Assembly: GCF_001194135.2 (NCBI RefSeq)
Contig: NC_069001.1
Span: 21,954,895-22,018,121, forward strand
Source of the DNA: Octopus bimaculoides
Lineage: Eukaryota
Direction of reading: 5' to 3'
Length of the DNA stretch: 63,227 nucleotides
Program-made: the position numbers and the translations under genes
Notes under the pieces: model-generated
Told to the model about the DNA's origin: nothing
Databases searched by the model: none
What the model saw: the letters and a program-made list of their open reading frames with translations, nothing else
Shown here: positions 26,790 to 38,860 of the stretch, in pieces
How positions within the stretch are numbered: the stretch's first letter is position 1
Layout: every line of letters begins with the position of its first letter

Positions 26790-27404
26790 TTAGCAGTTGT
26801 AGTAACCAACTAAGGGATAAAATATCCGTATGTACTATCAGTATCCGTTACCTGTGTTATCTCTGGGAAATGTTGTGTAGGAACACCATATACGTCGGGC
26901 GCAGGTGACAATAGGATAAAGAAAAGTTTATCAGGAACCAATGCAAATAATTAGAAAATGGAGAGAAACATAGATTAACCAGTATATCGATAGGACCCCT
27001 TTTAAAGCTTGTTTATTAATACAAAGCAAGACACAACAAAGCTAACAGGCGTTTATGATAAAAATTCCCAGAATGCAGTCTATACATAAATGCGAAAATA
27101 AAATTCTTCATCTTCATAGGGCATTCGAATTAAGGCAACCAATCTTCATCAGAATGAAAAACAAGAGCATACAATATAAACAAAAGGGAGATGGAAGAGG
27201 TAAGAAAACATGGTTTAAACAAATAATCTCAATCCCAATATGTTAAGTGCACATAATTATTTACCATCCGAGCTCAAAGAATGTAGATGACAGAAATATA
27301 TATATATATACAAAGTGAGAAAGAGAAGGGGAAGGAGAAAAAGAGATAGATAGATAGAGACTCATATTTTATGCAATGTATTAATTTCGAATTTTGGCAC
27401 ATGA

Positions 27405-27522
27405 CCAACAATTTCGGAGAGAGGGTAAGTCGAATACGTCTACCCCAGTCGACTCCGAAAGGATGAAAGGCAAAGTCGACCACGGCGGAGTTTGATCTCA
27501 GAACGTGAAGACGGCGAAATGA
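27405..27522 (-). mobile_element. SINE family A fragment with internal deletion
   Basis: CCCCAGTCGACTCCGAAAGGATGAAAGGCAAAGTCGACC...GAGTTTGATCTCAGAACG. Confidence 0.75.
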
Positions 27523-28339
27523 TGTTTATGCAATATATTAAAACTGTATATATACTATACATATAAATACACACAAATATATATAATATCAGTGCGTGTG
27601 TGTGGACTGTGTACTAAGCGAGCTTCTGGATGTAATATACCAAACTTATTCGATACCCTCATTACTCTTTTAAAAGCAAATACTATTTATATAAAAGAAG
27701 TACCCATGTTTATAAATATTTTTATCATAAATCTAATCGATGAAAGGTAATCCCTTGCACAACTAAGACAGTGTTTCTGAGTAGCACTTAACTGAAGGGC
27801 CGTGTCTCTCCCACCACCCCTCAATCTCAAAGTACGAAACTATAGTCTTGAAGCTAGTAAACAAAGCTGTCAAATATCTCTCAGGTCGCACAGTTATGAT
27901 CTGCAGCGCACACATGTGTAGTTTCAGCCAATAACAACCTTCGTGTATATATGGAAGAATATATATTAGCGACTGAGGCAGTATTAATACAGAGAGGCGT
28001 TTGTCCCAACTGAAACGTTGATGTTCTGTTAGAACAGATTATAATTATGTAGACACCACGAGAAAAACTCTCGTATTGCCTTTTGGTACAAAATGCAATC
28101 TTGTTTATATCACAAACAGGGAGATAAATCTCCGCCAAGAGAACAACCACGTTCGCGTTTACTGGGATAAATGGAAGAATATACTGGGGTTTCCATCACT
28201 CCACATATACTACAAATGCGTAAATTCTTGCAAGTGAACGCTCAGAGTTATTTCTTTCCTCATTTATGTTACATACACGCATACACACATGCATATATCT
28301 GTATATGCATGCGTGTGAGTGCGTGGATATATGTTGAAC

Positions 28340-28516
28340 CACTTGGCAACCGTCGTTGGCTTGGTTACGTCCTTGTAACCTAGCGATTCGTCGAAAGGAA
28401 AATGACAGAATAAGTACCAGCTTTAAAAAAATATTGTGGGGTCGAGTTGTTCGCCAAAATCAATCAAGGCGGTGCTCCACCATGGCCGCAGTCTAATGAC
28501 TCAAACAAATAATAAG
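28340..28516 (+). mobile_element. SINE family C, 3' half
   Basis: CCTAGCGATTCGTCGAAAGG...GAATAAGTACCAG...GGGGTCGAG...AAGGCGGTGCTCCACCATGGCCGCAGTC. Confidence 0.75.
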
Positions 28517-28594
28517 TGTGTGTGTGTGTGTGTGTGCATGTGCATGCGTGTGCACGTGCGCACATGCATGTGTGCGTGCATATATATATATACT

Positions 28595-29375
28595 CATAGA
28601 AGCCGCTTCGCACAGATTGACCTTGAAATCTGTTGTGCATGCGCACTACGTTTTAACGTTGTAGCTCATGCCCGCTGTTTACAGCAGTGCTTGGAAGGAT
28701 GGGGTGTAGCATGTGATTGTCGTATTGACTATCACAAAGAAAGTTGTCATGGCGATGCCCGCCCAGAGGCCGACACAAATTTGTAGAACGTGTATGAAAA
28801 GGAATGTATGAGCCGCATAAAAGATATTGGCGAACGTTCTGGGAGACCCGCAACCAGCAGAACTGAGAAAAACATCACAGATGTGCATGCAACTGTGAGG
28901 GAAATCGTCGAATCACCATCAATGAGTTATCAGAGGATGTGCAGATTAGTTACGGTTCAGTTCACTCCATTATTACTGAAGATTTGAGTATGAGAAGTGT
29001 GTCTGCCAAAACTGCTTTCAGTTTATCAAAACGATACTCGGGTCTCAGTTGCACAAGATCGTCATTGTGTCAAGAACGATGAAAACTTTTTGGAACCTTT
29101 GCGTAGGTCTTTGAGCCGGTATCGCCAAGCTTTTGGCAAAATTTGATGCAGATTCTCGTCTCAACTCTCTTTGTCATGTTCAATGCGACGATCACAAGCA
29201 ATACATATTCCTTCCAAGCTCTGGTATAAACAGCGGAAGTGAGCTAGAAAGTTAAAACTTAGCGCGCATGCATAGCAGAGTTTAAGGTCAATCTGTGCCG
29301 AGCGGCTTTACTCTGCGTGCTTCAGCTTCGTTACTATGGCAACAGCTTGTTTATTTATTGATCAGACAACGTATA
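28595..29375 (+). mobile_element. Internally deleted mariner element with long sub-terminal inverted repeats
   Basis: HTH remnant VYEKECMSR...GRPATSRTEKNITDVHATVRE(N)RRITINELSEDVQISYGSVHSIITEDL.MR.V.AK. Inverted arms at ~28600-28670 and ~29240-29308. The right end TTATTGATCAGACAACGTA-TA is a mariner-like TIR plus TA. Confidence 0.8.
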
Positions 29376-30175
29376 GTTGCCTACATATGTAAATATATAT
29401 TTCTTATATGTTTGCTTGTGTGTATATAATTAAATCATGATTGTGTTCCTCTTTCTTTTTTCATGAAAGATATTCCATAGTTTTCTATGCGATTTTTATC
29501 ATTATTTTGAAAGTCTGAAGTTCTAAGCACTGACAGTTGTGCATCTTCTCTTTATTATTTTCTGCGTGAAGTCTTTATTAGCAGCCTTTGTTATGTGTTT
29601 TCAATGTAGACAAGCCTCATTAGAATGCAAAAAAAGAAGTGAATACCATAATAAATTAAATACTAGGCAATAAATGATATCCGAATAATTTACGAGACCA
29701 CACTATAGAGCAGTATAGAAACAAATTGAACTTACTGAATACAATAAACATAAAATAAACTAATCAGACAAAATGTATTATATGAATCAAATATAGCTTT
29801 ATGATAGATTAGATTAACGACTTTTAAAAATAATATATAAGCTCACGAAACCTATAGCAATGCGCGTTAAAAGTTTTCATAGACTATCTATCATTAATAA
29901 TATATTACAAAATTCAGAAACATTACAAATCTGGTCGACAACCAAATGTATTGCACTGAGCGGATTCAGGAGAGGAACGTTAGTTACAAGATGAAATGTA
30001 AACTAGAAGTTATAAATGTCATTACAGAGACGTAATTGTTAATATGTATCGTAACTTCTTAACGGATGATACAACATTTACAACAAATTAGGTTAATATT
30101 ACATCGAAACTGAAAAACAAAAATAGATGCGCGTGTGTATGTGTTTGTGTGTGTGTGTGTGTGTGGGGTGTATGC

Positions 30176-30206
<31 letters not shown>

Positions 30207-30321
30207 GACACTGGTATATACATATAAATGTACACACGTATCTGTGTGGATGTGTGAATGGAAATTAAGAAAGCATCTATACATTTGTACATGTATCTAT
30301 AATAGGGCTTTATATGAATCT

Positions 30322-30544
30322 CTTATCTGTTATGTGTTTCAATCATAAGACTGTGGCCATGCTGGAGTACTGCCTTAAATAAGTTTTAGTTGAGTGTATC
30401 GACTACAGTACGTATTTCGTTTCAAAGCGTGGTACTTAGTCTATCGGACTCTGAAACCGAACCGCTATGTTACGGAGACGTAAACACACAGGCGCTGGTT
30501 GTCAAGCGTTGCGAAGGTAAGAAACACAAACACCAAGACACATA

Positions 30545-30638
<94 letters not shown>

Positions 30639-30812
30639 GACCACTCATATATAGATATATACGATGGGGATCTTTCAGTTTCTGAGTACCAAATCCATTC
30701 AAACAACTTTGGTCAGCCTGAGGCCAAGGTACCACGCCACTGCGTGGTACCTTGGGCATGAATACTGCGGCTGGGAAGCAAGCTTCTTATCACAGAGCCA
30801 CAGCTGCACCTA
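30322..30812 (-). mobile_element. SINE family C with expanded internal (CA)/(CT) microsatellite
   Basis: Reverse complement matches the 26345 copy at both head and tail. Confidence 0.8.
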
Positions 30813-31409
30813 TAAGAGAGATAGGAAACGGAATTCATAAGACTCTTTATACTACAAGGAGTGTATCAGCATATAAAATTATTACTATATAAATACAAAT
30901 AAATGCGTTACATATATGAAAATTATATAGATTACGAGTAGTTTCCACACACACATACACGCGCACATACACAGAGACAAACACACGCACACATACATAT
31001 GCATACGCATATGGCTGTGTGTCTATGTGTATGCATATATGCTGATGTCTGTAGTAATGTAAAATCTTCAAGGGTATATAAGTTTTCAATAAATTCCTAT
31101 TCAATTTTTGAATCTGTAGAGGATCATGTTCCACTTGTCTTTCTAATGCAAATCAACTTGTTGCTGTTAATATTTCTATATTCATAGACTGATCGGTTTA
31201 TACAGAAATATGTTTCGGAATTTTGAAGATCGACGGATGGATAGAGTTATGAGAAAATATAGGTGGAATGTACTGGATTGGTAAGCGCTAAACGTAAGGA
31301 GTGGAATATGAAATACCATTGTTAAAAGTTCTTTGCTTACGAAAATGTTAACGCTTACCTTCGATATTCGATTATCTAAGTTACATCTGTACAATAATGG
31401 GAATTTTCG

Positions 31410-31414
31410 TGTTG

Positions 31415-31474
<60 letters not shown>

Positions 31475-31585
31475 GATAGATAGACACACATATTTTTTGC
31501 AATATATTGATTTCAAATTTCGACACAAGGACATTATATTCGGAGAGAGTGTAAATCAAATACGTCTACCCCAGTCGACCGCGGT
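31410..31585 (-). mobile_element. 5'-truncated SINE family A with (GATA)n tail between 33-bp direct repeats
   Basis: SINE 3' sequence at ~31500-31585; CTAAGTTACA(T/C)CTGTACAATAA(T/C)GGGAATTT occurs at ~31376 and ~31586. Confidence 0.6.
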
Positions 31586-31954
31586 CTAAGTTACACCTGT
31601 ACAATAACGGGAATTTCAGTGTGTTGTAATTTAGTCTAAGAAGCCGTTTAAAAAAAATGTGCAAAAGCAATGTGGATTGTGTGGTTTCCTCACCCAATTA
31701 CAAATTGAATTAATAATATTTCTACTTTAGCGCTTAGTTACAAATTTCATTATGGCTACATGCTACGTTTGTGTATACGCAATGACGTTCTATGAAATAT
31801 GAAGTTATTTATGAGTAAATAATATGTTATTCCACCTCACTCATATTTCAGATTCTTTTTTCTGTCCTAAAAATTATATATATATATATATNNNNNNNNN
31901 NNNNNNNNNNNNNNNNNNNNNNNNNNNNNNNNNNNNNNNNNNNNNNNNNNNNNN

Positions 31955-32075
<121 letters not shown>

Positions 32076-32379
32076 CTTGAGAGAATCCTTATTGCTTGAA
32101 TGATATGCACCGAGTTGATTTAACCTGTGATCACGATATTTAGTCGAATAAAGATCCCGTAAAATATTCAGGTTGTACACAGAGAGAAAGAATACGCCGG
32201 TAGGCTTGTTTTCACACCGTTCATGGAGTGTTCTTATATTATTTTGAAATTATATACATCATCTGATAAATACGGTTTCTTGCAATGATGTAATGTACTC
32301 ATTCACCTATTAAAAATCCATAACAAACAGCTGTAATGAACTGACATTTATCCATCGTCTGTTATTATTCATTTGATTA

Positions 32380-33170
32380 TATAATAAAAAAATAAATATA
32401 GTGTACAAGACATCACCAATGTGTGAAAAATGCGTAAACACACGAGAGATAAGTACAGGTCAAAATGTCAAAAACATACGCAAAAAGTACAGGACATTAC
32501 CTAAAGAAGATACTTCCTTATCAGTTGTCGGTCTGTTTATTACTTCTATTTCGTGCTTTCAACGACAGTATAAGGAAATCTCAGAAGACAGCAGCATCCA
32601 TAAATTTTAAAAATATAAAATTCATTGAGAGTTAGTGCTTCGAACGAACAAACAACGATAGAGTGGACTTACAGAGTAAACAATCAATGATGACAAATAT
32701 CAAGGGTCGTTAGACCAAGACGAATTATAATGGGTAACGACTGGGAGAAATTTTTTCAAGGAAATAGAATAATTAGAAGAGGAGAAAATAGTAGAATAAA
32801 AATGTCGGGAGCCCAGAAAAATGACGTCCAACACGGTGAACGTCTAGTCCAGAAAAGACAGGAGTAAGAGGAATGGCCTGTAGTCACGTGTGAGTAACAG
32901 AGGCAGATGGGAAGGGGCAAGAGAAAGAATGAGGGAAAGAAAGAAAAGGAGTGAGGAGAATGGAGAAGGAACGACAGATAGTAGGGAGTGGAAGAAAGAC
33001 AGATGGGGAAGCAAAGAATGTTATAGTGGGATAGCGACAAAGAAAGAAAAGAGTGTGTAGTCGCTGAAGTTATATATAGATCTAAGAACTTACTGTGGTG
33101 AAGGCTGCATGGCGTTCGATTATACATAAATAAAAAAAGGACATCACGAACGAGTGCAAAATACGTAAAC
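32380..33170. mobile_element. Diverged relative of the 18650-19494 non-coding element
   Basis: Same layout with a purine-rich body. AACTTACTGTGGTGAAGG...GTTCGAT (33087-33120) matches AACTTACTGTGTAAAGG...GTTCGAT (19346-19380). CCTTATCAGTTG (32517) matches CCTTCATCAGCTG (18801). Confidence 0.45.
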
Positions 33171-33499
33171 ACCGGTGCAAACGATCATTCCCTCAGACGA
33201 GTTAGTGATTAATGAGTGCGTGCCCTCAAATTGACATGGCATCTTGTTTTTCCTGTAACGGTATTCACCCGAAAGGAGTTAAGCCGGTTCCTATTGAGTT
33301 CACCCCGTTGTGAGTTCATAGGAGTTTGAAGGGATGATTAAAGTCCGAGAAAACTATTTTCCTCTATTTCTAGGCCACCATACACGACCGGTGGCAAGTC
33401 AACCTCGTGTTAAGCCTTCTCGCCGCCGGATGCTCCCCGATGCGACCCAACTCCACCAGGAAGCCGCCGGATTCCGGAAACCCATCTAATTTAAGTTCG

Positions 33500-33613
33500 T
33501 GTGGATTGGAGCAACGTGAAATAAAGCATCTTGCTCAGGGATGCAACGTGATGTCAAGAATCGAACCCACGATCTTACGATCCAAATACCCTTACCGCCA
33601 AGCCGCGTGCCTT
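33500..33613 (-). mobile_element. SINE family B-like head
   Basis: GGAGCAACGTGAAATAAAGCATCTTGCTCAGGG...GAATCGAACCCACGATC...CAAGCCGCGTGCC. Confidence 0.75.
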
Positions 33614-34314
33614 CACTAAAAGAATATATCCACAAAAACTATATTTTGGAAACTCATTTCACTGAATCCAAAAGTTATATCTCCTACTCATAACCTTTGT
33701 CCTACACAATAGATATGCTGTGTTATAAACACTAAACTGACTCCGACACGTCAAGTACTTGAAAACAAAGAAACGGACCAAGGCAGAATTGGACTAGAGA
33801 AAATCGTAACGCTGGCTCAGAAGTGCTGGACGCCAAATTAAGATTGAAGAGTACCTGTTGGTAGCATAAAATCGAAGCTGCTTCACCACAAAATACCAGA
33901 AGCATGTAATGATTCAGAGTACAGTGAGTGTAGAAGATGTGGAGGAGAAGAAGAAACAAGTAACTTGTTGCATTAACTCAGAGAAGAAATAATGCTTGTA
34001 AATGTATGGCAAAGTTGAAATTTACACTGGAATTCAAGACAGGGTTATGAAATACCAACTAGAAAACCTCTCTGAGAGTAATCGGCAATACGCTGGCCTA
34101 AACAGTATGTAAAGATAGGGTAATCTAAGTATTTTTAGGCGGATATTATTTTGAAGGATAGCAAGGTGAGAGGATTGGGGGTGAAGCTTCACTGACAAAT
34201 GATGGTAATATATTTCTCAAAGAAGTAAAAAAGGAACGGATAAATTGTCTAAATATTAAGAAACAGAGAGGTGGATGAAAACAAACGATTTTTTTTATAA
34301 TATAAGGAACGTTT

Positions 34315-34533
34315 AAGGCGGCGAGCTGGCAGAGTCGTTAGCGCACAGGGCAAAATGCTGAGCGGCATTTCGTCCGCTTTTATATTCTGAGTTCAAATTA
34401 CGTCGAGGGATCCATTCTGTCTTTCATCCCTTCGGGATCGATAAAATACATTCCAGTTGATTTCTGGAGTCGATGTAATCGACTTAACCCCTCCCTCGAG
34501 TTTGCTGGTCTTCTATTATAAATTTGAAACCAA
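34315..34533 (+). mobile_element. tRNA-derived SINE, family A
   Basis: AAGGCGGCGAGCTGGCAGAGTCGTTAGC...CTGAGTTCAAATT...AAATTTGAAACC. Confidence 0.88.
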
Positions 34534-35859
34534 AACAAAGAACCTTTAAATAATCAAAGCACATGTAGTACAAGGATACAGGATAATAGTGCTTCTAAAA
34601 TAATACATTACATATATATTACGTACAATAATGTTCAGTACAAAAGTACAAGAGTAATCACAAAACCCCAAAATTGACATCCCTTGCTCTAAGCGCATAA
34701 AGTTGTTGTGAATGCAGGAAATAAAATTAAAACCCCTGAAGATCAGAAAAACAAAATATCAGTTGTACTTCCTTAGTTCCGAAGAAAATAAATTTTGATT
34801 CATATTGTACTGAATGTGATTTATCTTTTCAAATTTCAAGTAGTTTGTGATATAAGCGTGGCACTCTAACATAAGTAAACGTAAAGGCGTGGTACTCGCG
34901 CATATCTTATGAAAGGATAGTAGCAGAATACTAATAGGACATACATTAAGAAACATTAAACGGCACATTATTTTACATGATAAATATAAAATACTGTATT
35001 AATTATCGTTATGGCCATACCAAATAATGCCCTGAGAAGAGAATGAACATTTTATCATTAATTAATAACTTTAAATCAGTATTACATGCGTTTCCACAGA
35101 ATTCAATTTAGGTTACAACTTTTAGCATTACTAAATAGATAACACTAGCGATAGATGTAGGTCTTATAGCGAAGAAATCCGATGCTTCTCCATTCGTTAT
35201 GATGTTTACCTTAGACAACAAGTAACAGTTCTTATACAGTCATTAACCCTATGTTTTTATTCCTTACCAATATGCTAAGCTTTCGGTGGTAAGGAATAAA
35301 AACAGGGTTAATGCAACAGACTTTAGGTTGAAGTCTTAGAGGAGTTGCATCTTACTGATATCTTTACAATAAATTTTACATTAAGATGATATCATGTTAT
35401 ACGTAATTCTTGCAGATGCATTGTAAAATCAATAAGAAGGATAACTTCAAATTAAGCAACGTCAAGCAATTGACACTATTTATCCAAATTGTACCAGATA
35501 AAAATTGATTGATTATAGGCCAGGACGCTCTTGTCTTGGCATTGAAATTGTACATTTGCCAAATTACTTATCAATTAGTTAGTCATTCCAATGTTGTATT
35601 ATCTCATTGGCATGTCCATGATAACAAAATATACCTTAAACTGTTGCAAGTAATAATTTAAGTATTGCCAGTACATTCTTTTTCGATGCCTGCTGTTGTA
35701 ACGCTACTCTGATCTTCTTAAAGTTAAAATATTTAACTTAGTGTAAAGAATCGCAATCATCAAAACTAATTAGGAACAATTGATTCAGTACAGAATAGAT
35801 TGGTATTTGTGATCGTCATGTATCGTACAGTTTTGTAATGCGTTGATATAACTACAACG

Positions 35860-36110
35860 ACAGTCTTCCCAGTAAAGCGCGAGTTACCCATCGGAGGAAT
35901 CAAGAGCGTCACCTTGTCCTGATTCTCTCATAATGTTTTCTTGGCAGAGATACAGTGGGGTGTTTGTCATTGTCTTTCCCCACTAGGTGGCTGTTAGCCC
36001 ACAGGAAGATCATACGGCCTTCGGCAGATCTTGATTTCAGTGCTGCTGGGTGTCAACAAACCTTCAGCAGAAGTGAGGGGGCGGTTCAGTCGCCGATTAC
36101 CCAACAGATT
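35860..36110 (-). mobile_element. Possible SINE/LINE fragment with an RTE-type 3' tail
   Basis: Reverse complement GAAAGACAATGACAAACACC...TCTGCCAAGAAAAC resembles the GAAGGCAATGGCAAACCAC...GCCAAGAAAAC tail of RTE-mobilised SINEs. Confidence 0.35.
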
Positions 36111-36302
36111 AGTATTACACAATCAGTATAAACATTTCAATAGTGTATTCAGTGTTAGATGAGGAATGACTTGCTGCATTTTAGACAAATAACGATCACT
36201 GTCGATAGTCGGCAGGGAATTAGGAAAACTAGTACAATATGTAGTTCAGCTAGTTGCCTTTCTTGACGCTCGATGTTCAAATGCAGGCAATACATAACAT
36301 TT

Positions 36303-36522
36303 AAGGCAGTGAGCTGGCAGAATCGTTTGCACGCCGGGAAAAATGCTTAGCGGCATTTCGTCCGTGTTTAAGTTCTGAGTTCAAATTTCTCCGAGATCGA
36401 CGATGCTTTTCCTCATTTTAGTGTCGATAGAATAAGTATCAGTTGACAACTAGGATCAATTTAATTGACTACCCCTCTCCCCGCAAATTTCAGGCTTGCA
36501 CCTATAGTAGAAAGGATTATTA
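36303..36522 (+). mobile_element. tRNA-derived SINE, family A
   Basis: AAGGCAGTGAGCTGGCAGAATCG...CTGAGTTCAAATT...CCTATAGTAGAAAGGATTATT. Confidence 0.88.
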
Positions 36523-36901
36523 ATTTAACCATCCCCCATGCCCTGCCTGATAAAATACCTTAGTTTATAAAAGCCACTATATTCTTTTATATGTGGTTTC
36601 AACATAACCAGAAAACCATTACCATTGTCATTCTTGTGATCGTTTTCTCATGTTTTCTCAGAATTCTACAGTTAGATGGTCAACAAACCAAACACTGTTT
36701 AATTTATTATTTTGCTGGTTTAATTGATGAACGTGGCTAGAGATAGGTTTTCAACAGTTTCACTTCAGATGTAGCGAATGGTGTGACATAAATATCTGAG
36801 ACTCAATAGAACACAAATATTGCACGGGACTCTGTCTGCTAAACACTTGCCGATAATAGTATTTTTCGCGGAATANNNNNNNNNNNNNNNNNNNNNNNNN
36901 N

Positions 36902-36953
<52 letters not shown>

Positions 36954-38860
36954 GCCAGAAAACGGTTGTGGTATTCACAGCTTTATAGGACAACGTATTT
37001 CGCTAAAATGAAGAAACCATTTACACAAACCTAGTAGAAACTTAATGCAATCTCACATTTCAACTAATCCGTGTTCCGATAGACAAAAATCTATGTTGAA
37101 GCGCCCGATATATGCAGATTTTACCTCTTATGCAAATAATCAGGAACCTCGCTTGCTACATCAAATAGTATACAAAGTATCACATGAAGGAAGGCCGAGC
37201 ACAGTGATAGCAGAAAGTCAGTTAGGCCATAAATGAGTTAGGAGTAGTATGAAAGGTATAAAAGATGCAAAAGACATACATTCACATACAAACTCACACG
37301 AAAGCTCGCACACACACACAGACATGCTAGGAAGTGATATAACAGTTGTGTCCCTTTGAGCTGTTAAAATGGGAAACAAGAATGCTCGATGAATTTAATT
37401 CGGTGGAGAAAGGTAAAAGCTTGTAAAATTGGATACTTAATCCAAATAGAGCAGTGTTTTCACATCGATGTTAGAAACCGATCCATATGCTTGCATTTAG
37501 AGAAAATTTCGGATCTATAATTCATTACATTGTTCGAGATGTTAAATTAAAAAATAAAGGATATGAGTTCTTTCGAAGCTTGCACCTCCTTGTCCCATTA
37601 ACCTATGGCGGGGGACATTTTTCTATGTACCACTTGATAGAGTGTGGAATATTGTTGACCTTCAGAAGCCAGATATAGCTAGCTAACAGTGGTTTACTTC
37701 TTGTCCACATATCGGAATGTAGACTGATGGTTGGCATATCATTTTTAAAATTTACTTTCGCAGAAACCAATATATGTTTTCTAATCAATATTAATACCTT
37801 GAAGTTAGAAATTTGTCTTACAGAATAACTATACGAACATGCTAGACTTTAGTGTGCGTTCAAATGATTGGACGCACATAGTGTCAAACAATTTTCAACA
37901 TCAAAAGTAAAGACAAGTCATAGGGAATGCTAAAAAAATTCCGAAGTGGTAGTCCAATTCAACAGTTTTATTCAAAATCTTAGTAGAAATATACATCAAA
38001 ATTAGGTTTAACAAATACATAAAAATATATATCAATGAATTTATTCATTCTTTTCAGTATCTAATGAAATAAAATTCCTTTTCAGTGAAATTTAATTTTT
38101 TTAAAAACTTATTTCAACTTAATTGAAGGATCTTAACTTTGTTAATTTTACAAAGTGATTGCTTATGATGATTAATCGTAAAAAATGGTTTCCATCATTG
38201 GTTTTAACCTTGAAACGAACGTTTTTTTTAATGTTAACATTTTGGAAAAAAATTAACTTATGTTGTCAGTAAGGCCATGAACAACACGATATCCCGATTT
38301 TCAACAATAATATCACAGATACTGGAAAAGAAAAAACAGGCGTAAAAGGAAGATAAATAAAACTCGAAAGCATTATTTGAATGTTTTACTAGTAGAGGTC
38401 GTTGTAATGCATATTGAATAATAGAAAATAAATAAGAACAAATGATTTTATTCATAAAAGAAAGTAATAGCGTAAAACTGGGGAAAAGCCTTTCAACTGT
38501 GTAACCAATTTGAATCTAGAGTCTACAGTATTCATATAATGAATACACATTAAAGCAAAAACATCAAGTAGAAAACTTTATATCTTCTGTGAGTGTTAGC
38601 CTTACTCCAATGTTCACAATATCTAGTTAGTTTACAAATTCTCAGAACACTATATCAAATATAAATTTACAGAACACTTTATCTCTAAAACAAATTATAG
38701 CATGTTAAAGAGACAAAAACTAAGTAGATATTATCATTTCCCCACTTTGTCGGTCATAGTATTCATACAAATATTACTTGCCTTAAAAGTAAATGGATCA
38801 TCCGTCGGTTTCGTCGATGACTATTCCATTTGTTCGACCAACTGATCTATCATCTTATTA

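Noticed and set aside
33740-34000. CRRCGGEEET-like motif suggesting a LINE C-terminal zinc knuckle
   Set aside because: Too short and degenerate to assign without a search.
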